Below are positions 10,109 to 41,497 of a DNA stretch of 64,000 nt, in pieces (position 1 is the stretch's first letter; every line of letters starts with the position of its first letter). The stretch is from Hormiphora californensis (taxonomy: Eukaryota; Animalia; Ctenophora), in assembly GCA_020137815.1 (NCBI GenBank), contig CM035358.1, positions 5,270,001-5,334,000 of the forward strand. Direction: 5' to 3'. The notes beneath the pieces are model-generated. The model made no database searches, had not been told where the DNA came from, and saw nothing but the letters and a program-made list of their open reading frames with translations. Made by a program: the position numbers and the translations under genes.

Positions 10109-11354
10109 GATAAAAAGACCAAGGTCATCCTAGTTCTTCTGGACCTTTCAGCGGCCTTTGACACCATATCTCATGCCAAGCTACTACACCGCCTGAAACA
10201 TGATTATGGAGTGACTGGAAAGGTATTGAGCTGGATTGAATCATATCTTACTAATCGAACAGCTAGAGTAAAGATAGGTTCGGTCGAGTCAGAAGCAAAG
10301 TCTATCAGCATTGGTGTTCCTCAGGGTTCCATCCTGGGGCCCCTCTTGTTCATACTATACACCAGAGATCTACAGAAAATAGCGGAACTATATGGTCTCA
10401 GCCTGCACATGTATGCGGATGATTCTCAACTTTCGATAGCTTTCACACCAGAAACATTCGATGATGTGATAAAGAAAGTTCAGAGCTGTGTGTCTCATAT
10501 TCGTCTCTGGATGACACAGAACCTGTTGAAGTTGAATCCGGATAAAACAGAAGTTCTTATCCTACGAAACAAATGGGATAAATCTACCAGTGATGCCACA
10601 CTGAACATTGCACAAGAAGAAACGGAAGTCAAACCAGTTGCTAAGAATCTCGGCGTCATGGTCGATAGCGAACTCACGATGTCCCAGCACGTCTCCAGAG
10701 TTGTTCAGTCGTGCAACTACCAACTCGTCAACATGTGGAGAATTGCAGGCAAACTGAACAAAAAGCAAAAGACCCAACTTGTGAACTCACTGATACACTC
10801 AAAGATTGATTATTGTAGCGCTCTACTGATAGGTCTCAAAGACAAGGATGTGAAGCGTCTTCAGAAGCTACAGAACTCTGCCACTCGCTTTGTCCATGGT
10901 AAACGTAGCAGACGTGGTGTAACAGATCTACGGAAAAAATCCCACTTCCTACCTGTTAGACACAGAATAGAATATAAGATCTGTATGATGGTATACAAAT
11001 CCCTGAATAATGGGACGCCTGGATACATATCAGAAATGCTACAAAGACGGAAACAAAAACCGATGAGTTTAAGAGTCGATTGTGACACGACAAGACTGGA
11101 AGAGGTACACAGTAACTACAACTACAAAACCACTGAGAGAGCTTTTAGTATAGCTGCTCCGAGGATCTGGAATCGCCTACCTGAAGAAAAGAGTAAACAC
11201 ACACACGCATTGAGCAAGCTCAATGTTTAGCTATTCTCCGGCTGGGTATAGGGCTCTACTAATACCTGAAGAAATTCGAACCACAGAAACCTTGCCGATG
11301 TTTAAAAAGGCCTTGAAAACCCATATGTTTACTTTGGCTTATGGACCTGAATAA
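10109..11354 (+). pseudogene. Reverse transcriptase ORF2 fragment, interrupted near its C-terminus
   Basis: Lacks the endonuclease and the N-terminal RT motifs. A 73-bp insertion at 11190-11262 introduces a stop. Confidence 0.85.
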
Positions 11355-12286
11355 ACCTCACTCGGCATTATATCAGTACCGCACCATCTTCCCGGCACAA
11401 ATCTACCTGCATCATTTCCTGGGCACCCAGTCCAGTTAACTTCACAGTAAATCTGTTGTTTTCCCCCAGGCTCCAGCTCCGCACATAAACGCCTCATTAT
11501 TCCCTGCCTATAATATTCCTTGCATGCGGTTCTAAATCTGATCCTGTTTCACAACTTTTGGGAAATAGATCCCTCCCTTGGCCTTACCTGGTTCGTTCCT
11601 GGGTTCCCGTGTCCTGTCTGCTGTCTCTCGCTATCACTGCCACCACTACCCTACTTCCAGACCCACACTCCAGCTCCCTTATATCCCACCTATGACCTGC
11701 TGACACAATCCTATATCATTTCTTCCTGGAACTAAATAGTCTACCTCCCTGTCCTTACCTGGTTCGTACCTAGGTTCTCGTGTCCTTTCTGCTGTCTCTC
11801 GCTACCATTGCCACCACGCCCTATTTCCAGACCCACACTCCAGCTCCCCTATATCCCACCTATGACCTGCTTTCTCAATCCTACATCATTTCTTCCTGCA
11901 GTTCCATGGAACTAAATAGTCTGCCTCCCTGTCCTTACCTGGTTCGTTCCTGGGTTTCCCGTGTCCTAGGTGCTGTCTCTTCTTCCAGACCCTCTCTCCA
12001 GCTTCCTTACATCCCACCTGACCTACTGTCTCTACTCTGCACCATTCCTTCCTATATTCCTTCCTACATCCCTTCCTACTTTCTACACCATTCCTTCCTA
12101 CATCTACCTGAGACTTAGTAGAGGGACCACCTATGACTGAGTCAATGAGTTAATATTTTCAAGTGTGCATTTTGTGTAAATTGTTAACATTTTCTGGCCT
12201 CTGAGTTGTTTAGCAGAGTTTGAGTAGCTGAGGTTCCAGACTGGCTGAGTTTTATGCCGAAGAATGAAGAAAGAAGACCATACACA

Positions 12287-12472
12287 CCGTTTTTCTCAAT
12301 ACGTTTTTCTCGATAAAAAACTTGTCAAGGATACCGTTTTTCTCAATACGTTTTTCTCAATAAAAAAACTTTTCAAGGATACCGTTTTTCTCAATACGTT
12401 TTTCTCGATAAAAAACTTGTCAAGGATACCGTTTTTCTCAATACGTTTTTCTCGATAAAAACTTGTCAAGGA
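12287..12472. repeat. ~48-bp tandem repeat in the LINE 3' region
   Basis: ACCGTTTTTCTCAATACGTTTTTCTCGATAAAAAACTTGTCAAGGAT x4. Confidence 0.9.
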
Positions 12473-13087
12473 CTCTTCAGTGAGTGTGTGTTTGAAGGAC
12501 AGCTAATTTATTATTTATTTATTACCGAATCTGTGTGTATGTGTTTGTGATTGTCTGTTTGTCTGTGAATGTGTTTGTACGTGTGTTAGTATGTTTTTGT
12601 ATCAACCGTTTTGTATTGACTGCTGATGTTGTGTTTTGCGTCTGTGACTTTGTGTATTCTGTTTAATCTGTTTTTATGTTTGTCTGCTTGTTTTGTTAGT
12701 TCGTTACCTTGTTTTCTATAACCCCTTGTTCCTCGTATTTTGTGCATCTAATGCTACTAGGATGTGTATCACTGTCTCTAAGTATTGTTTAAACCGCTTT
12801 AGGAAACCGCTGATGTGAACTGTATATTTTCACCTCTCAGCCTTGTATCACTTTATTAGTGTATGGTGTAAGAGCGGGACGAAGTTATATATTAATTGTG
12901 TGACTTTGTGATAAATTGTGCGTAAACTTAAACTTAAACTTAAACGGGCCTCCGGTCCAGCAAGTCCCTGAGTTTCCGGGGTGGGGAGCCAGGGGGTGTT
13001 ATCTAGTGCAAGTTACATCGCAGTATTCCACACCCCCTTTACCATTCGCTCACTGTGAGAAACCCATTTCTCCCCATTAGAGGTGTG

Positions 13088-13398
13088 ATGGCTCGTGGTC
13101 ACCAAAAAGAACTTGCTCAGCAGAAGAACGCTAAAAAAGCAGCGGCTGCGAAAAAGGGATCCGATCAAAAGAAATCTGCTGGAGCTGCTCTCCATTTCAC
13201 CTGTACTGTTTGCAGAGTGAGTAATTTCAAGGGGGGAATTACTATTTACAGTGACATTCTAGTGAGGTTCAGAGCCAAGCTAATCTGTACTTTTTATCCT
13301 TTCAGAGCCAAATGGGAGACCCGAAAACTTACAAGCAGCATTTTGAGAGCAAGCACTCCAAGCTACCTCTACCGGATGTCCTAAAGGATCAAGCCTAA
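13088..13398 (+). CDS. ZNF706: Zinc finger protein 706 (4F5/SERF family + C2H2)
   Basis: Exons 13088-13216 and 13306-13398: MARGHQKELAQQKNAKK...AALHFTCTVCR|SQMGDPKTYKQHFESKHSKLPLP...*. Confidence 0.95.
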
Positions 13399-13636
13399 AC
13401 TCTCAATTTGAACACTAGCTGATACAATAATAGTTTCCCTTTTCCCCTTTCAGTTCGATATATATCACTTGACTATAGTTTTTAAATCGTGTGTTTCACT
13501 TGTGGTATTATACTCCCCAAATCTACCCCTAATGATAGCCTAACATTTCATGTGTTAGTCCACCTAGCCTGTACAAATGTACTCCCCAAATCGACCCCCC
13601 ACTCCCCAGTAATTAGCTAACGATCATTCCAGAATT

Positions 13637-16600
13637 ATGGTTAACAGGTCCTGGTGGCTATCTTTACAGCACGACTGGGTCGATGGGTTTGCAGAGAGAG
13701 AAAAGGTGTGGGTTTCAGCACATCATACGGAAGAGAAGACAGTTCACAGTTATCTGAACTCTGAAGGGGGCACCGATAATCTTTTCATCTCTAATCTGGT
13801 GTGAGATATTTGTTGTTTGTTGTTGTTGTTCCATCTGGGAGTGAATTTTTTCTCTTTTAATCATCATTCCTAATCTGTCACCCCATAATAAAACAACTTT
13901 TATAAAACTAATTGAAATTTCACAACAAAATAATACAGCTGTATTGAAATTTCTATGACGTGACTAATTTCCCAGGTCTCATCTAATGACGTCACTAATT
14001 TTCCAGGTCTCATCTAATCGACTGAAGGTGACGCACAAGGAAAGCGGTTGTACGACTACCTTCCTTGCCCCCTCTTCATCCTACAAGATTACACCCCTCA
14101 ACAAGCCGCAGTGTGTGGATGTTACAAGTTCGGGTGGTCTTGGCGCCGTCGCTGATGGTAATTAGTAGACCCACCCCCCGAAGGTCCTTTTCTCTTCCCC
14201 CGACTCTGTTCTTATCATGCATCTCCTTTCCTCTTCGACACCTCCACTGCCCCCACTCCCCGCATATAAATGGGGGGGGGGGTTAGAACATTCAAGATCT
14301 CCATCTCCATCTAACTTGGTAATGAAATTACCCCTCAGCGTTATAATAGCTCATACGATATATTAACAGGGGTGACTTCGTAACCAACCATCTAACTATG
14401 TATGCCCCCTCTCAGGAAAGGATGTGTTGATATTTGAAACTGTCAGCGGTATTGTCAGGAGGAAATTATCAGGTCATCTAGCGGAAGTTGAAACTGTCCG
14501 GTTTTTTCCAAGTGACAAGGTCCTACTTACAGGTTGTTAAAACAAATTGAAACAGATTTTTCTAACTTTAGTTAGGGGCGGGAACGGTATTAGCGTTGTT
14601 CTGAAATAATTTCAGTGAAATAAAATTGAGCCAGCTTGACATGACTCGCTAAAATTACCGTAGCCCCCTTGCTACCGCGACGGTTCCCTACTCCCTAAAA
14701 TTGGTTTTGACCCGTGTAACAAACCGAACCAAGGCCCTGTTTCGCACCAATCACCAATTTATACCAGTCGGTATTCCCCAAATAAATCATTTAAATTCAG
14801 GTGGTGCGGACATGTGCCTGAGAATCTGGTCTGTTGAGGATGGCTCATGTCCGGTAACAATACCTGCCCACAAGAGGATCATCAACAGTGTGGCAATTAT
14901 TGACAGAGGAAAGGAAGTTGTATCGGCTTCTTCGGGTACGTTTTTGATATACGAAAATTCGATTTTATCTGTTTCTTACTTCTGTAGATTTGACAATTTT
15001 ATTATCCTTTATCTGTTTTTGTCTTGTTGCTATGATATCATGGAAGTGTCAGCTTTCCTTGCTGATATCATCTAACGTTGTTATGTTCTTACCCTCCTTT
15101 ATGTATTTGTAGGGCGGAGCTCGCGAAAAGGGGGTCGACCTAGGCAAATCTAACATCTGTTTACATTCTAGATGGATCTATCAAGGTGTGGAGATGTGGA
15201 GATCAGAGTTGCCTGGAAACTATAACCCCTGAAGTGGGGGGAATCAACGATATCTCACTGTTCCCGGTACATGAGCAATTGACAGACATAGACAAAGTAC
15301 AAACACACAGACAGACAGTATAGTAAGGGGATATTTCAGCTTCACCGGGAAAAAATGTGTAACAAGAGTTTTCCAACGCCATTGTACTCAGAATGGATCC
15401 CTCTAACGATCCCAACCAATGCTCAAATTGAGCAGAGGGTGCTAAGGCCTCATTTCCGGGTGGGCGTGGTACCTGTGTTTTCAACCTGAGGCCAAAACCA
15501 TAAGTACCCTTAAAATAGGAGTAGAGATGAAATCGAGGGCACTAAAGTGATCAGCGTCGTCGCATTAGTGGGGGTAGGTGCCGGAATTAAGTCTCTATCT
15601 CATCTGGTTAATTAGATAATTGGATAATTAGGTTTGCGCATAACCGTTTTTTGGCAATGCGGCTATAGCCACTTAAGAATGGTTTGGAGATTTTTCATTG
15701 GTGCCATTTTGTAGGCAAAGCGAATTTACGGGGGGTCGACGTCGGACTTTTAAGCTCTATCTTCAACCGTTTAGCCGTTATCTGGCTTTTAAGATGCTCC
15801 AAATGAGCAAAATACGGTAAAAAGCCCGATTTTGAACACTGTTAAAGCCAAATAACGGCTAAACGGTTGAAGATAGAGCTTAAAAGTCCGACGTCGACCC
15901 CCCATAAATTCGCTTTGCCTACAAAATGGCACCAATGAAAAGTCTCCAAACCATTCTTAAGTGGCTATAGCCGTATAGCCAAAAAACGGTTATGCACAAA
16001 CCTAATTATCCAATTATCTAATTAACCAGATGAGATAGAGACTTAATTCCAGCACCTACCCCCACTAATTTGAGGACGCTGATCATTTTAGTGCCCTCGG
16101 TTTTGTCTCTACTCCTTTCCTAAGTGGCTATAGCCGTATAGCCAACAAACGGTTATGTGCAAACCTAATTATCCAATTATCTAATTAACCAGATGAGATA
16201 GAGACTTAATTCCGGCACGTACCCCCACTAATGCGACGACGCTGATCACTTTAGTGCCCTCGATTTCATCTCTACTCCTATTTTAAGGGTACTTATGGTT
16301 TTGGCCTCAGGTTGAAAACACAGGTACCACGCCCACCCGGAAATGAGGCCTTAGCACCCTCTGCTCAATTTGAGCATTGGTTGGGATCGTTAGATGGGTC
16401 CATTCTGAGTACAATGGCGTTGGAAAACTCTTGTTACACATTTTTTCCCGGTTTGGGCAAAAATTGTCGTTAAATCCCCTTACTAGTAAGGAAACAAACA
16501 AACAGATACATTCGGACAGACACACACACAGACGAACTGACTGAAAGTTCTTGTTTGTGTGAGCTGAGTAAATTTAGGAGGAAATAACTGTTTTTTCTGC

Positions 16601-19040
16601 CCCTTGTGTGATATATAGAGGGATCATTATAAGCACATTATTTCACAGTTTTTCATGTGATTAGACAGTATGTAATCACACCAGTATTTACATATTCTAC
16701 TTGCACATCAGGATCATAACATAATAAAATGTTCAAGATACGATCCTAAAATGTTCAAGATACGATCGTAAAATCAAAATATCCACGCCCTTTAGTTACC
16801 CTTTGACCGCCCCATAGAACCCGGTGTCCCGATTTTTTTTTCAAGCCTGGAATTTTTTTGCTCGTTTTGCTGCAGGAATTTTACTATTTGCTGCAGTCAT
16901 GGATAGGGATTTTGCCGTCCTAAAATACCCCGGCAGTCCCAGTTATACCCCTAACATTGGAATATTTCCCTACTGCAGTCCCTATAAGGTTGGAATATTC
17001 CTTGGAATATTCCATCTTTGCAGTGCCTGCTGCAGTGCTGCTGCAGTAGTGGAAATTCCTTGGAATATTCCATCTCTGCAGTGCCTGCTGCAGTGCTGCT
17101 GCAGCAGTGGAAATTTCTTGGAATATTCCACTCAGGGACTGCAACAGTGACTATAACGATCTCACCCCTTTGTAAAGCTATGGGGAAAAAAGAGAGCTAT
17201 GTTAAAGTATGAATCTCTCTTTTCTTCCCCTTCCCTGCTGCAGTGCTGCAGCGACTGCAGAGATGGAAAATTCCGAGAAAATTCCACTCAGGTACTGCAA
17301 CAGTGACTATAACGATCTCACCCCTTTGTAAAGCTATGGGGAAAAAAGAGATCTTTGTTAAAGTATGAATCTCTCTTTTCTTTCCCCCTCCCCCTTACTC
17401 GACTGTTGTCGGTGCATTACGCATAACTGGGGCATGCCCCAACATATTCTATCTCTGTTACACACTGTTAACACTGCAGCACTGCTGTATCTCTGTGTGT
17501 AAGTATGGGAAATATCTTCTGCTGCTGCAGCAGCTGCTGCTGCAGTCCCCAATATTTTTTCATTTTGCTGCAAGGATTTTGTTTTGCTGCAGAATTTTTG
17601 CATTTATCTTTCCTTCATATTCCAGAGATCGGGACACTGGGCCATAGAACAGGAGAGAAAGCGCCTCGCCTTTAGGTACGGGGTGCCTCCATTACCCCCC
17701 TCCTTCTCAACCCTTCCTCTGATGCGAAAGAGAAAAATAGGGGACCCCCCTCCTTCAACCCTGCCCCTCCATTTAGGGCTCATCTGAAGGAAGTGGAAAG
17801 TTGTGTAGTGTGTCAAGTAATGGAACGCTATCACTCCATAACCTCGGAAATCAAGACAGACGGGAGTACAGGCATACTGGTGGTGAGCTGACTGCTTGTG
17901 CTGCTGTGGACGATGTCACTGTGGTGAGTTGGTGTATCTCCCTTGAATGTGAACAGAGCGGAGGAGATCAGAGTGGAAAAAAGAGAGTGAGAGAGAGAGA
18001 GAGAGATTTGTGTGCTGAGGAGGAGTCTTGGGTGTGTGTAATGCCAGAGTGAAAGCAGGAGAAACCTGAGATATAGAGTCAGTGACCCACAGAGAGATGC
18101 TATTAGCAACCAGAAAAACAGTTTATGATTTATCATAAGACAGTGAGGTGTACCAACTCTCAAATACACTGCATTTATCTCTAGAGAGTCTCTAAAAGGG
18201 GGGAGTCTGAACGAAACTTTTAGTGGTCTTTTTAGAAAACTGTATTCAGTTAGTGCAAAGATAATATAATTGGTTTTTACAAAAAACCAAAATAATGTCA
18301 TCCCAGATGGCGGGATCAGAGAGCGGTGAAATCCTGACTTTTGACTGCCGAGATCTTTCTACACCAGTCTCTATCAACCAGCGCAGTAGATACCGTGTTA
18401 CCAACATTTGTAAAGATCACAGTGACACTAGGTTCGTCAAACAAACACACATGCTTAAATATTTACTTTCTTCCTGAATACGTCCTTTTTTCCTTTAACT
18501 CTAATCGCGTCTCCCCTGCAAACAAATCCCATTGCCGCTCCAATCCCATCTTCCCCCGGCCCCCAAATAACCATCATGTCCCTCCCCCAATAACCACCCC
18601 TCCTCCAATAACCACCCCTCCTCCAATAACCACCCCTCCCCCATAACCAGTAACCACCCCCCAATAACCACCCCTCCTCAGTTCTGTGTGGGTATCTCAG
18701 AGTGACGGAGAGTGCTATCTCTACAACACACTACCGACACAGGACCCCCCCCCCCCATATTCCATAACCACCACCCCCCATAACCACCCCCCAATAACCA
18801 CCCCTCCCCCAATAACCACCCACCCCCAATAACCACCCCTCCCCCAATAACCACCCCTGCTTCAGTTCTGTGTGGGTATCTCAGGGTGACGGAGAGTGCT
18901 ATCTCTACAACACTCAAGACCGCTTTCCAGCGCTCACACTAAGCGGGGGTGATAGTGAGGGGATATTAGGTTTAGCAGTCGCCGAGGGGTTAGTACTGAC
19001 ATCTGCCAAGGACAAGATTGTGCGAAGATACACACTTTAG
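13637..19040 (+). CDS. PAAF1: Proteasomal ATPase-associated factor 1 (Rpn14-like WD40 chaperone)
   Basis: Exons include 13637-13798, 14007-14157, 14416-14532, 14801-14935, 15173-~15267, ~17790-17924, 18308-18431, 18866-19040. Motifs: LQHDW..WVS N-terminus, LSGHLAEVETVRFFPS, GGADMCLRIWSVEDGSCPVT, SQGDGECY...KDKIVRRY. Confidence 0.88.
15321..16486. mobile_element. Long foldback (palindromic) element, family shared with 57138-58935
   Basis: Arms ~15341-15790 and ~15845-16452 are near-perfect reverse complements. Termini are TAGTAAGGGG...CCCCTTACTA, with an internal duplication in the right arm. Confidence 0.85.
16820..17641. mobile_element. hAT-like non-autonomous element rich in CTGCAG repeats
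   Basis: TIR CCCGGTGTCCCGAT...ATCGGGACACTGGG with 8-bp TSD CCATAGAA (16812-16819, 17642-17649). Confidence 0.78.
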
Positions 19041-19253
19041 AGAGACATTATGGGCATTTTCTTGTTGTTTTTTTGGTTAAATTATTATTTGAATATAAAT
19101 TATATTACAGTTTCTATAAGCGATTCGTTTTCATAACTGACAGATTCTGATAACCAATATTGTGTGTGTTTTATAACTGAATCCTGATAATTCTCAATTA
19201 AACCCTTGCCACCGTCCACCACTAGTTAAGGTAAACCGCATTATGACAGAAGA

Positions 19254-40734
<21,481 letters not shown>

Positions 40735-41497
40735 GATATTAGTGGACAATTTGGTTAATTAAAGTATTGGTGGAGTTTTAAAACTTTGATACTTTGTTTA
40801 TCGATAGGAAAGGGGCTGTTTTTTGTCGTCTGTGGTGCCATTGATTAGTCTGAATCTGATTCACCCTAGTCCTATAATTATAATGGGATAATTCTTTCCC
40901 ATTTTATATCTGTTTTATTTCATTGATGTTTTTAGATCGTAAATGTGGGACAGGGATAATTAATAACTCTGGCTAAGGTGCGATAATGTTTTCTGTGTAT
41001 AACCTCCCCGGTGATTTTGTTTTAGATTTGTGTTCCAATGAACAGATTTCATTGCTCCTTATAACCACCTTGTTATTCAATGATTCCAGCGAAACTAAAA
41101 TGCGAAACACGGATGGTTTAGGTTTTGAAAGTAATTGATGAAAATCAAGCTACAAATAAAAAGTTCTAAAAACATCGAAATAAAATAAACGTACAACTCA
41201 TCTGTATAAATCGGGTATTGTTAGTCATCGGTCAATTAATATTTTGTTCTACGTCACCTCTCTCTTTTTCTCCCACGGTCTGGTTGCTAAGGGCAACGAG
41301 AGAGAACATTCTGTGTCTCTCTCTGCAGTCAGAACATCTGAGAATGATCACTCGCGCGCTGCTACCTACTAACTGCTGACATGCTGTACTTAAATAACAA
41401 CGAACATGCCGCGCGCACCGTTATTGTTTCTCTGTTTGGTGTGTTTGGATCGGATCTTGGCTCAACCTTGCTTGACCAAACGTCACAAGCGTCTCTC

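Larger units (their letters stand above)
10108..12945 (+). mobile_element. 5'-truncated L2/CR1-group LINE (RT C-terminal part + long 3' UTR)
   Basis: RT frame from 10109: LLDLSAAFDT, GVPQGSILGPLLF, YADD, LNPDKTE, SKIDYC, FSIAAPRIWNRLP...FKKALKTHMF, with stop at 11354. The tail is CCGCTTT (12794)...GTGTAAGAGCGGGA (12866)...ATAAATTGTG...(TAAACT)n ending at 12945. Confidence 0.9.

Noticed and set aside
8914-11354. A single intact bicistronic LINE (ORF1+ORF2)
   Set aside because: ORF1 is followed by its own 3' tail, and ORF2 starts mid-RT without an endonuclease. Two joined units explain this better.
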